Source of the DNA: Candidatus Doudnabacteria bacterium RIFCSPHIGHO2_01_FULL_46_24
Lineage (GTDB): Bacteria; Patescibacteriota; Doudnabacteria; UBA920; O2-02-FULL-48-8
Assembly (NCBI GenBank): GCA_001777575.1
Contig: MFEL01000010.1
Location: forward strand, 20,661-84,660
Direction: 5' to 3'
DNA length: 64,000 bases
How positions within the stretch are numbered: position 1 is the stretch's first letter; each line of letters starts with the position of its first letter. The notes under the pieces were generated by a model. It saw only the letters and a program-made list of their open reading frames with translations. It did no database searches and was not told where the DNA came from. The position numbers and the translations under genes are program-made. Below, piece after piece: positions 10,609 through 19,711 of this stretch.

Positions 10609-11153
10609 TGGCTAGACAACAGGCAACCGGGGAAAAACATTGGTACGTGCTCCATACCTACTCGGGATACGAAGACAGCGTGGCTTTTAACCTGCACCAA
10701 CGTATCGAATCCATGGGCATGGAAGACAAGATCTTTTCCGTCATGGTCCCGAAGGAGAAGAAGATCAAAATTCGGGAAGGCAAACGCGTAACAATTGAAG
10801 AAAAAATCTTTCCCGGATACGTCTTGGTGGAAATGATCGTCACTGATGACTCATGGTACGTAGTCAGAAACACGCCCAATGTCACCGGCTTCGTCGGTTC
10901 CGGCACGATCCCGACGCCCATCGCAGATGTTGAAATCCAATCTTTGCAGAAGCGCATGGGCGTGGAGGAGCCCAAATACAAGATCGACGTGTCTTTAAGT
11001 GATCTGGTGCGCGTAATGGAGGGGCCGTTTAAGGATTACGAAGGGAAGGTTTCGGAAGTGGATGAAGAAAAAGGCAAGATTAAAGTCATGGTCTCGATCT
11101 TCGGCCGGGAAACGCCGCTTGAGCTTGACTTTTTACAAATTAAGAAGTTATAA
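10608..11153 (+). CDS. nusG: transcription termination/antitermination factor NusG
   Basis: KHWYVLHTYSGYE NGN domain, C-terminal KOW (GPFKDYEGKVSEVD). Confidence 0.9.
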   Translation: MARQQATGEKHWYVLHTYSGYEDSVAFNLHQRIESMGMEDKIFSVMVPKEKKIKIREGKRVTIEEKIFPGYVLVEMIVTDDSWYVVRNTPNVTGFVGSGTIPTPIADVEIQSLQKRMGVEEPKYKIDVSLSDLVRVMEGPFKDYEGKVSEVDEEKGKIKVMVSIFGRETPLELDFLQIKKL

Positions 11154-11160
11154 TGCGAAA

Positions 11161-11224
11161 CTACGAACCGGATTCGAATCTACGAACCGTTCGTAAATTC
11201 GTCTTAAGTTCGTAATTTCGAATT
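11161..11224 (+). repeat. CTACGAACC direct repeat plus TTCGTAA(A/T)TTCG repeats in the rplK leader
   Basis: Direct repeats ctacgaaccg x2 and ttcgtaaattcg / ttcgtaatttcg. Confidence 0.45.
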
Positions 11225-11230
11225 AAATTT

Positions 11231-11656
11231 ATGGCAAAGAAAGTTAAAACAACCGTAAAAATCCAGCTGTCGGCAGGCAAGGCCACGCCGGGACAGCAGC
11301 TTGGGACCTCCCTTGGGCCTCACGGCGTGAATTTGGGCCAGTTCGTCAAGGAATTCAACGATCGCACAGCCTCAATGGGGGACACTGTGGTGCCTGCAGA
11401 AATTACAATTTACGAGGACCGCTCGTTTAGTTTTGTCCTCAAAACACCGCCAGCCGCAGTGCTCATCCGCAAGGCAGCGGGTATAGAAAAGGGCTCGGGA
11501 AACCCGCTTTTGAACAAAGTCGGAAAAATTAATAAAATACAATTAAGAGAGATCGCGGAAACCAAACTACCCGACCTCAACGCCAGCTCAATCGAGGCAG
11601 CTGAGAAAATCGTGGCCGGCACCGCGCGCTCCATGGGTGTTGAAATCAAGGAGTAA
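11231..11656 (+). CDS. rplK: 50S ribosomal protein L11
   Basis: [43 protein letters not shown]. Confidence 0.95.
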   Translation: MAKKVKTTVKIQLSAGKATPGQQLGTSLGPHGVNLGQFVKEFNDRTASMGDTVVPAEITIYEDRSFSFVLKTPPAAVLIRKAAGIEKGSGNPLLNKVGKINKIQLREIAETKLPDLNASSIEAAEKIVAGTARSMGVEIKE

Positions 11657-11660
11657 AAAT

Positions 11661-12029
11661 ATGGCTCTAAATCTTACACTGAGAAAAGTATATCTTTATA
11701 TGTTCGCGATCGTCGGCCTTGTGCTTATTATCATCGGTGCGGTCAGCCTGATCAACCTGGGCCTGAAAACTTGGATTTTCACCAAAGCTGATGACGCTAT
11801 GTGTTATTATGGCCCAAGGTATGCGGCTCCTATGAAGGAGATTGGAACCACGGGACAAACCCAGGAAGAACTGGACCGCCAACGCGCGGAAGATGAACGC
11901 TATTGCAAAGAGGTCACCCGGCCGGCCCAGAAACAAACCCAGGCCGCCATGGCCATCGCCCAGCTGATCGTAGGCATTCCGCTGTTTGGCTATCACTGGA
12001 TGATTATACGCAAAGAAAACCAAATATAA
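11661..12029 (+). CDS. hypothetical small membrane protein inserted between rplK and rplA
   Basis: ATG at 11661; N- and C-terminal TM segments. Confidence 0.5.
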   Translation: MALNLTLRKVYLYMFAIVGLVLIIIGAVSLINLGLKTWIFTKADDAMCYYGPRYAAPMKEIGTTGQTQEELDRQRAEDERYCKEVTRPAQKQTQAAMAIAQLIVGIPLFGYHWMIIRKENQI

Positions 12030-12044
12030 ATAGCTTAATTATTT

Positions 12045-12117
12045 TATTTCGAATTAACGGATTATGTCTTAAACTGCAATTCGCCTGCCTACCGGCAGGC
12101 AGGCAATCCGTAATTAT
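12045..12117 (+). repeat. rplA leader with AACGGATTA / GCAATTCG / CAATCCGTAATT repeat words and palindrome GCCTGCC-tacc-GGCAGGC
   Basis: Hairpin at 12082-12103; could be an L1 autoregulatory site or a terminator for the inserted gene. Confidence 0.4.
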
Positions 12118-12131
12118 TAAATATATCAAAT

Positions 12132-12764
12132 ATGGGCAAACGAATTGAGAACGCCAAGAAAGAAATAGATCTATCCACGCTTTATGAGCCCGCGGAGGCT
12201 ATCGCTTTGGCAAAAAAAACAGCCGGGACTAAATTCACAGGCAATGTGGAAGTTCATACGAGCCTTGGAATTGACCCCAAACAGACTGACCAAACGATTC
12301 GCGCTACGGTGTCCTTGCCGCACGGCACTGGCAAGACCAGAAAAATTGCCGTTTTCAAAGGTGCCGAGGGCGAGGAATTAATCAAAAAAATCAAAGAAAC
12401 CGGCCGGGTCGATTTTGACGTCGCAATCGCTGAGCCGGCTATGATGCCAAAACTGGCCCAAATCGCCAAAATCTTGGGACCGAAAGGCTTGATGCCTAAT
12501 CCAAAGTCAGGCACGGTCACACCGGACACTGCCAAGGCCGCCGAGGAATTCGCCACTGGCAAGATTGAATTCAAAAACGACGATTCCGGAAATGTCCACC
12601 TGATTCTGGGCAAAACCAATTTTGAAGACGAAAAACTTTTGGCCAACTTTCAAACTTTCATCGACGCATTGCGGTCAATCAGACCGGCAAGCCTCAAACG
12701 GGAGTTTATACTTTCAGTGGCCGTGCATGCCACGATGGGACCGTCGATTCGAGTAAAAATTTGA
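12132..12764 (+). CDS. rplA: 50S ribosomal protein L1
   Basis: TKFTGNVEVHTSLGIDPKQTDQTIRATVSLPHGTGK. Confidence 0.95.
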   Translation: MGKRIENAKKEIDLSTLYEPAEAIALAKKTAGTKFTGNVEVHTSLGIDPKQTDQTIRATVSLPHGTGKTRKIAVFKGAEGEELIKKIKETGRVDFDVAIAEPAMMPKLAQIAKILGPKGLMPNPKSGTVTPDTAKAAEEFATGKIEFKNDDSGNVHLILGKTNFEDEKLLANFQTFIDALRSIRPASLKREFILSVAVHATMGPSIRVKI

Positions 12765-12765
12765 A

Positions 12766-13443
12766 ATGAAAGAAGGTAAACTGATTGTCATAGACGGCAT
12801 TGACGGAGCCGGAAAGGCGACGCAAGTCGCTCTTTTAGTTAAGCGGCTCAAAAGGCGACGGATTAAGGCTCAAGGCCTGGACTTTCCCCAGTATGAGACA
12901 TTCTTTGGGCGCCTGGTCACAGAATATCTCAAAGGCGATTTCGGGACACTTGATCCAAAAGTAGCCTCACTTCTTTACGGGGCCAACCGCCTGGAATTTA
13001 AGGATAAAATTTCGAATTGGCTGAAGGGAGGTTATACGGTTGTGCTTAACCGGTACGTCAGTTCCAACCAAATCCACCAGGCGGCAAATATCGAGTCAAA
13101 AAAACAGCGCCGACTGTTTGTGAAATGGATTGCCAAGATGGAATACGGTAATTTCGGCCTGCCTATGCCAGATTTGATCTTGTTTCTCAATCTGCCTGCG
13201 GAAGTCTCGTACCAGCAGGTTCTCAAAAAAACGACCAAAGCCAGAAAATACATTGCCGGCACCAAGCGCGACATCCTGGAATCAGACCTCGAGCATCAGC
13301 GAAGGGCGCTAAAACAAGCCCATGAAGCCCTGAAATCCTACGGCCCCAAATCCAAAATCGTCGAGTGTTTCGACAAGCAACTTCTATCAAAACAGGAAAT
13401 CGGCGACAAAATTTGGCAGCACGTTTCTAAATTGATAAAATAG
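12766..13443 (+). CDS. tmk: thymidylate kinase
   Basis: P-loop LIVIDGIDGAGKATQ. Confidence 0.88.
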   Translation: MKEGKLIVIDGIDGAGKATQVALLVKRLKRRRIKAQGLDFPQYETFFGRLVTEYLKGDFGTLDPKVASLLYGANRLEFKDKISNWLKGGYTVVLNRYVSSNQIHQAANIESKKQRRLFVKWIAKMEYGNFGLPMPDLILFLNLPAEVSYQQVLKKTTKARKYIAGTKRDILESDLEHQRRALKQAHEALKSYGPKSKIVECFDKQLLSKQEIGDKIWQHVSKLIK

Positions 13444-13447
13444 TCGC

Positions 13448-14017
13448 ATGATCCTCTCGGATAAAGACATCAAAAAGGCTCTGGAAGCAGGGCGCATAAA
13501 AATCACGCCCGAGCCCAACCTGGAAGTCCAGCTCGGCTCGTGTTCCATTGACCTGCATCTCGGCGACAAATTCCGAGTGTTTAAGAATTCCAGCATTCCA
13601 TTTATTGATCTTCGTAAAAACATTGAGGTCGATCAGTTTATGGACGAGGTCGAAATAACTGACGACCGGCCGTTTATCATGCAGCCTGGCTCGTTTGCGC
13701 TGGCCAACACCATGGAATCACTCGAATTGGCCGATGATATTCTGGGACGCATCGAAGGTCGAAGCTCGCTTGGCCGACTTGGCATAATTGTCCACGGCAC
13801 AGCCTCGGTCTTTGATCCGGGCTGGATCGGCTACCCAACTATGGAACTTGGGAACTTAGGGACCCTACCGGTCGCGCTATATCCCGGGATGCGCATCTGC
13901 GCCTTCACTTTCGAGGAAGTTTCCAGTAAAGTCGACGTGCCTTACCGCAAAAAAAAGGGTAACAAATACGCCGGCCAAAAAACCCCTTTGGCCTCGAAAT
14001 TAAATCAAGAGATGTGA
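13448..14017 (+). CDS. dcd: dCTP deaminase
   Basis: MILSDKDIKKALEAGRIKITP...SIDLHLG; dUTPase-fold family. Confidence 0.85.
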   Translation: MILSDKDIKKALEAGRIKITPEPNLEVQLGSCSIDLHLGDKFRVFKNSSIPFIDLRKNIEVDQFMDEVEITDDRPFIMQPGSFALANTMESLELADDILGRIEGRSSLGRLGIIVHGTASVFDPGWIGYPTMELGNLGTLPVALYPGMRICAFTFEEVSSKVDVPYRKKKGNKYAGQKTPLASKLNQEM

Positions 14018-14694
14018 CGCAGAGCTATGAAATTGAAATCAAAAGTTTGCTGGGAAGCAGGGAAGCGGCTGAAATATTAGTTGAAAAAATGCGAGCTAGC
14101 GGCGTAAACTTCCTGGAATTCGGCTCGCATAAACAGCTTAACCATTACTTTACAACAGGCAATACTGCCTTACTGCACAGTAATACAGTGAAATATCTGC
14201 CTGAGGGGCAAAAAATCCAATTCAAAAGCATCTGCGATAATGCGACTGAATTTTCCTTAAGGACACGACAAGCGGACAAGGACGTAATGCTTGTCATCAA
14301 GGCCTCAGTTGATGACACGACGAGCTCAAACGGCACAGCGCGCATGGAATTTGAAGCAAAAACTCCCGATTTATCCCTGGATCAGTTGGATAACCTTGTG
14401 CTTAAATCCGGTTTTGGATACCAAGCTAAATGGTCGAGGGAACGACGGGAGTTCAAATACAAAGGCTTAAACGTCACGATTGATAAAAACGCGGGCTACG
14501 GCTATTTGGCAGAGTTTGAGGCGCAGATCACAGACCCGAACATGATAGACACGACCAAAGCCATGATCAGGGGAGTGATGGACGAGCTTGGCACTCCAGA
14601 GCTGACGCAAGAACGACTCGAGCGCATGTTTGCTTTTTATAACGCCAATTGGGAAGATTATTACGGCACAGAAAAAACCTTTACAATCGATTAG
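14014..14694 (+). CDS. CYTH-domain protein (CyaB/ThTPase-like triphosphate tunnel metalloenzyme)
   Basis: N-terminal EIEIK (ExExK) signature; overlaps the dcd stop by 4 nt. Confidence 0.5.
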   Translation: MTQSYEIEIKSLLGSREAAEILVEKMRASGVNFLEFGSHKQLNHYFTTGNTALLHSNTVKYLPEGQKIQFKSICDNATEFSLRTRQADKDVMLVIKASVDDTTSSNGTARMEFEAKTPDLSLDQLDNLVLKSGFGYQAKWSRERREFKYKGLNVTIDKNAGYGYLAEFEAQITDPNMIDTTKAMIRGVMDELGTPELTQERLERMFAFYNANWEDYYGTEKTFTID

Positions 14695-14696
14695 CT

Positions 14697-15686
14697 ATGC
14701 AGCATCCGGAACAACAATATCTTGACCTGCTCAAGGACATCCTGAAAAATGGCTCGGACAAGCCTTTATTTTTTACGCCCGAAGTTTTGGCTCAATACAA
14801 AAAAAAAGGCCAGGAGCCGCCTTTTATCCGCTCGGTCTTCGGCCGGATAATGCGTTTTGACCTCTCAAAAAATTTTCCGCTTCTGACCACAAAAAAAGTT
14901 TTCACGCGGGGAATAATTCATGAATTACTGTGGTTTTTATCCGGCAGCTCGAATATCAAATATCTAGTGGATAATGACGTTCACATTTGGGACGATTGGG
15001 CTTGGAAGCGATATCACAAAATCGCCTTAACCGGCGCGCATCCGGACATAGCCCAGGAAGAATTCATTGCCAAGCTCAAATCCGAATCTTCTGACAGCGA
15101 ATTTGTAAAAACTTGGGGCGACCTAATCACGGTTTATGGAAGAATGTGGCGACGGTGGCCGGCTTCGGACGGCAGGGAAATCGACCAACTCGGTTGGATC
15201 ATTGAGGGCTTAAAAACCAAGCCTTACAGAAAATCTTACGTCTTATCCGCCTGGAATCCGGATTTTATATACCAAATGGCGTCCAAAGGCAATTCTAACG
15301 AAGTACCGCCGTTTTGCCACACCACCTTTCAGTTCGCAGTGGTTAATGGCAAACTGAATTGCGGCATGTTCCAGCGAAGCGGCGACTTGTTTCTTGGCGT
15401 GCCCTTCAACATCGCGAGCTATAGTTTGCTGACCTTGATGATTTCCCAAATCACCGGTATCCCTGTCGGCGAGCTCGTCCACTTTTTCGGGGACGTCCAT
15501 ATTTATTCCAATCACTTTGACGCAGTCAAAACGCAGCTGGCCAGAGAACCGAAATCATGGCCGAGCATGAAATTAAACCCGGAAAGAAAGAATATTAATG
15601 AATTCAGACTGGAAGATTTTACTCTGGAAAACTACAACCCGCACCCGGCCATTAAAGCCGAGATAGCCAACATCGGAGGTTTTTGA
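14697..15686 (+). CDS. thyA: thymidylate synthase ThyA
   Basis: [50 protein letters not shown]. Confidence 0.9.
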   Translation: [329 protein letters not shown]

Positions 15687-16369
15687 TGATCAAGCTCGTA
15701 GCGTTTGACTGGAACGGAACGATATTGTCTGACGCGGCAGCAGTGTCGCGCGCGGATAGTGCGACCGCAAAGCATTTCGGATTCAGCGGCGGGACCATTG
15801 AGGAATACCGTGCAACTTTCACTATTCCAATCCGCAATTATTGGATTGCACGCGGGTTTGACCTGAAATTCTTTGACCGCAATGCCGAAAAAATCCATAA
15901 ATATTTCCTGAACCAGTATGAACCGCTGGAAGATGTCTGCCGCTCTCGGGCCGGAACCAGACCGATTCTCGCTTGGCTGCGAAAGATGCGCATTAAATCA
16001 GTCATTTACAGTAACCACATAATCCCACACATTGAAAAGCAGCTTTGGCGGCTTGAACTTCATGGATATGTAGATAAAATAATGGCGCGTCCGACATCGG
16101 ATGACCATTCACACATGCACAACCGGTTTAAGCAGTTGAAACTATATGACTATGTTAAGAAGTTCAAGTTAAAGCCAAAAGAGGTGCTCCTGGTGGGCGA
16201 TACTGTGGAAGAAATAGAAAATGCCAAATATTACGGATATTATTCTGTAGCATTGACAGGCGGCCACAACAGCACCGTCAGACTCCGCGCCGTCAATCCG
16301 GATTTTCTCATCGACAACCTTAACGAGCTAAAAGTGATTATCCCAGGCCTAAGCAGACAGCGCCTCTAA
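15683..16369 (+). CDS. HAD-superfamily hydrolase
   Basis: Motif I variant FDWNGT at the N-terminus; LVGDT motif. Confidence 0.5.
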   Translation: MMIKLVAFDWNGTILSDAAAVSRADSATAKHFGFSGGTIEEYRATFTIPIRNYWIARGFDLKFFDRNAEKIHKYFLNQYEPLEDVCRSRAGTRPILAWLRKMRIKSVIYSNHIIPHIEKQLWRLELHGYVDKIMARPTSDDHSHMHNRFKQLKLYDYVKKFKLKPKEVLLVGDTVEEIENAKYYGYYSVALTGGHNSTVRLRAVNPDFLIDNLNELKVIIPGLSRQRL

Positions 16370-16375
16370 TACTCT

Positions 16376-16396
16376 ACTGCTTCAGTGCAGTGAAGT
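16376..16396 (+). promoter_or_regulatory. second copy of the TACTGC...CAGTGCAGTGAAG motif, 32 nt upstream of folA
   Basis: 13-mer identical to 4240-4252. Confidence 0.4.
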
Positions 16397-16428
16397 AATT
16401 GTATCATTTATCCTGACAGAAAAAATCT

Positions 16429-16917
16429 ATGAAAATATCCATTGTTGTCGCGGTGGCGAAAAACGGTGTGATCGGGAAGAGCAATGATTTGCCCTTTTAC
16501 ATTCCCGAAGATTTGAAGCACTTCAAAAAGGTCACGGACGGTCATACGGTGCTTATGGGCAAGAAAACCTACGACTCCATTATCAACCGCCTGGGCAAGC
16601 CCTTGCCGAATCGCCGCAGTGTGGTCATCACCAGACAGACTGATTTTCAAGCGCCTGATGGCGTCTTGGTTTTTCACGACCTCAATCAAGCGCTCGCAGC
16701 GCTCGAAATAGATACGGACGTACTGATGGTCATCGGCGGCGGCCAGATCTTTAAGCAGTTTGCAGATATGGGAAAAGTTGATAAAATATACATGACTCAC
16801 GTGCATCGAGAAGTTGACGGTGACGTCAAATTTCCGGATATTGATTTGTCGAAATGGCGGAAAATCAGTGAAGAGCCGCACGAGCAATTCACGTGGGTAG
16901 AATATGAAAAGAGTTGA
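16429..16917 (+). CDS. folA: dihydrofolate reductase
   Basis: ISIVVAVAKNGVIGKSNDLPFYIPEDLKHFKKVT...VIGGGQIF. Confidence 0.9.
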   Translation: MKISIVVAVAKNGVIGKSNDLPFYIPEDLKHFKKVTDGHTVLMGKKTYDSIINRLGKPLPNRRSVVITRQTDFQAPDGVLVFHDLNQALAALEIDTDVLMVIGGGQIFKQFADMGKVDKIYMTHVHREVDGDVKFPDIDLSKWRKISEEPHEQFTWVEYEKS

Positions 16918-16923
16918 ATGTTT

Positions 16924-16993
16924 ATAAAGTTCTGAGTTCTAAGTTTGTAAAGTCAAAAGCAACTTTATGAACTCAGAACTTAGAACTAAATCT
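16924..16993 (+). repeat. AGTTCTGAG/AGTTCTAAG palindromic repeat element, copy A
   Basis: tttataaagttctgagttctaagtttgtaaagtcaaaagcaactttatgaactcagaacttagaact; related copies at 20236-20286 and 59209-59270. Confidence 0.7.
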
Positions 16994-18095
16994 ATGGACA
17001 TTCAAGAGCTGATCAAGAACATCGAACAGCTCCAAGGCGATGCCGAGGCCTTGAAGGAGCACCTTTGAGCTGCCTCAAAATAAACAAAAAATTCTAGAGA
17101 TAGAAGACCGGATGTCAGCCCCTGATTTCTGGTCTGACCCTGCCAGGGCCAAAATCGTAGCCCAAGAATTAGATCGGGTTAAAACTGAGGTGTCAGGATG
17201 GGAAAAATTCGAGCAGGACTTGGCAGAGCTGGCAGGAATGGCTGAAATGGCTCTAAAAGAACAGGATAAAGCCCTGGAAGCCGACCTAATGGCAAAATTT
17301 GGCGATTTAAGAGGCCTATTCGAGCACTTGCGCCTTTCGACCTTTTTGAGCCAAAAATACGATAAAAACAACGCTTTTTTGTCCATCCACGCCGGCGCTG
17401 GGGGAGTGGACGCCCAGGACTGGGCCGAGATGCTGTTGCGCATGTATTTGCGGTTCGCGGAAAAAGAAAAATTCAAGGCATTGGTGGTTGACGAAAGTCG
17501 GGGCTCAGAGGCTGGCATAAAAAGCGCAGTGCTGGAAATTTCCGGCGCATATGCCTATGGTTACCTTAAAAGCGAAGCTGGCGTACACCGCCTGGTCCGG
17601 CTGTCGCCGTATAATCCTGCGCATACGCGCGAGACGTCTTTTGCGCTCGTCGAAGTCCTTCCAGCCATTGAGCAAGAGGAATACAAACTTAACCTAAGCG
17701 ATATTGAGATAGAAGCCAAAACTTCGCGGGGCCACGGCGGTCAAAGCGTCAACACGACTTACTCTGCGATAAGAGCGACCCACATCCCGACCGGAATCAC
17801 GGTTACCATCCAGAACGAACGCAGTCAAGCGCAAAACAAACAACAAGCCTTAAAAATTATATCGTCAAAACTCGCCGCTTTGGAAGAAGAAAAACAGCGC
17901 CAAGAGAAATTGGCCCTGCGCGGCGAGTTTCAGTCTGCCGAATGGGGCAATCAGATCCGATCTTATGTCCTTCACCCCTACAAACTAGTCAAAGACCACC
18001 GCACCGGCTTTGAGACCTCTGACGCCGAGTCTATTTTGGACGGAGAATTGGAGGAATTCATCAAGTCATATCTCGAGCATACGAAACAAAAGTAA
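16994..18095 (+). CDS. prfB: peptide chain release factor 2 with programmed +1 ribosomal frameshift: join(16994..17065,17067..18095)
   Basis: Frame-0 MDIQELIKNIEQLQGDAEALKEHL ends at CTT TGA (17063-17068), preceded by the SD-like AGGAG; the +1 frame continues ELPQNKQKILEIEDRMSAPDFW; GGQ motif present; SPY replaces the canonical SPF. Confidence 0.9.
17051..17069 (+). promoter_or_regulatory. RF2 autoregulatory frameshift site (internal SD AGGAG, CTT TGA G)
   Basis: aaggagcacCTTTGAg; arrangement analogous to E. coli AGGGGGuauCUUUGAC. Confidence 0.85.
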
Positions 18096-18096
18096 T

Positions 18097-18105
18097 CTGT
18101 TATAA
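18097..18105 (+). promoter_or_regulatory. TGTTATAAT extended -10 element, 7 nt before the ftsE ATG (possible leaderless transcript)
   Basis: The same nonamer occurs before secE and hppA. Confidence 0.3.
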
Positions 18106-18112
18106 TTAGATC

Positions 18113-18790
18113 ATGATCAAATTCGACAAGGTCACAAAGGCTTACGGAAAAATTGCCGCGCTCAAAGACATAAGCATCGGCATCCAAAAAGGCGAATTTT
18201 TGTCTGTAGTCGGCCAGTCCGGCGCTGGGAAATCAACCTTGATTAAATTAATCATCGGTGAAGAGCGCCCGGATTCAGGACGCATTTTGATCGATGACAT
18301 TGATGTGGCCAAAATCCGATCATCCGACATTCCTTATCTTCGGCGCAAGATCGGCGTGGTCTTCCAGGACATCAAACTTCTGCCCAGCAGGACCGCTTTT
18401 GAAAATGTCGCCTTTGCATTGGAAGTATCCGGCGAGAAAGAATCTAAAATCAAAACCGAAGTTCCTAAAATCCTGGAACTGGTCGGGCTTTCTGACAAAA
18501 CCGATGCTTTCCCCAACGAAATGTCCGGCGGTGAGAAGCAGCGCGTGGCAATCGCGCGGGCTTTGGCACACAAGCCGGTGCTGCTTTTGGCTGACGAACC
18601 GACCGGGAACCTCGACTCCATCAACGCCTGGGAGATTATCCAGGTGCTTTTGAAAATCAACAGCAAAGGTACAACTGTAGTTCTGGCCACTCACGCCAAG
18701 GACTTGGTCAACTCAATCAAAAAGCGCGTTGTGACGATTGAGAAAGGCCAGGTTGTTTACGATCAGGAAAAAGGGAAATACGTCCTATGA
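18113..18790 (+). CDS. ftsE: cell division ATP-binding protein FtsE
   Basis: Walker A GQSGAGKST, ABC signature LSGGEKQR, Walker B LLLADEP. Confidence 0.9.
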   Translation: MIKFDKVTKAYGKIAALKDISIGIQKGEFLSVVGQSGAGKSTLIKLIIGEERPDSGRILIDDIDVAKIRSSDIPYLRRKIGVVFQDIKLLPSRTAFENVAFALEVSGEKESKIKTEVPKILELVGLSDKTDAFPNEMSGGEKQRVAIARALAHKPVLLLADEPTGNLDSINAWEIIQVLLKINSKGTTVVLATHAKDLVNSIKKRVVTIEKGQVVYDQEKGKYVL

Positions 18791-19707
18791 ATTTTTCAAC
18801 ATTTAACAGGCTGATCAGATCAGGCAGTACCAATTTTTTACGCAACCTTGGGGTGTCGCTTTCAGCCACCGCGATTATGGTTGTGACACTGTTCATTATC
18901 TCCACCGTACTGGTGCTTTATGCGCTGACTGACCTCTCGCTCAACAATGCCCGAGACCGCGTCGGGATCTCGGTCTACTTCAGCGACTCCGCGTCGACTG
19001 AAGAAATAGGCAGCGCCCGCGAGCAAATCCAAGCTTATCCCGGAGTCCGCTCCATAACTTTCACGTCCAAGGAACAAGCCCGTGACCGCTACATCGAACG
19101 GAACAAGAACCGGCCGCGCGCACTGGAGGCGCTTAAAGAACTGGACCGCGATACTGACCCGTTTCCCAATTCTCTGGCCATAACCGCGGATGAATTTTCA
19201 AATTACGAGAGCATCGTCAATTACATCAAAAGCGATCGATTTAAGTCGTATCTTTTGGAAGATGGCGTGCGTGACAACCGTAAAATCATTGACCGCTTGT
19301 CGCGCTTAACCGACGTGGTTAGGCAATTGGGGATAGCCCTAACCGTGGTATTCATCGCCGTCACCATCATGGTCATGTTCAACACCATCAGGCTGACTAT
19401 CTACAACCGGCGCGAAGAAGTGGAAATCATGCGCCTGGTCGGGGCGACCAACTGGTACATTCGCATGCCTTTCATCATCGAGTCGATCATTTATGCCTTA
19501 TTGGCGACCTTTATCACATCACTGGCGATGCTCCTGCTGCTTTCACTGACCTCCTCCCGGATTGAAACCTTTTTGGACCTCAAAAACTTAGGCGGCAATC
19601 TCATTCGGGGCATCTTTCCTTATTTGGTCGTGATAAACCTGTTTACCGGAATCGCGCTGGGGGTCATCGCCTCGACTATTGCCATGCGCCGTTACCTTAA
19701 GATATAA
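18787..19707 (+). CDS. ftsX: cell division permease-like protein FtsX
   Basis: 4-TM topology with a large periplasmic loop; follows ftsE with a 4-nt overlap. Confidence 0.85.
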   Translation: MNFSTFNRLIRSGSTNFLRNLGVSLSATAIMVVTLFIISTVLVLYALTDLSLNNARDRVGISVYFSDSASTEEIGSAREQIQAYPGVRSITFTSKEQARDRYIERNKNRPRALEALKELDRDTDPFPNSLAITADEFSNYESIVNYIKSDRFKSYLLEDGVRDNRKIIDRLSRLTDVVRQLGIALTVVFIAVTIMVMFNTIRLTIYNRREEVEIMRLVGATNWYIRMPFIIESIIYALLATFITSLAMLLLLSLTSSRIETFLDLKNLGGNLIRGIFPYLVVINLFTGIALGVIASTIAMRRYLKI

Positions 19708-19711
19708 TAGT

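Noticed and set aside
18097-18113. Leaderless ftsE transcript inferred from TGTTATAAT 7 nt before the ATG
   Set aside because: It is a plausible promoter but rests on a single short motif inside the prfB 3' end. It is kept only as a low-confidence feature.
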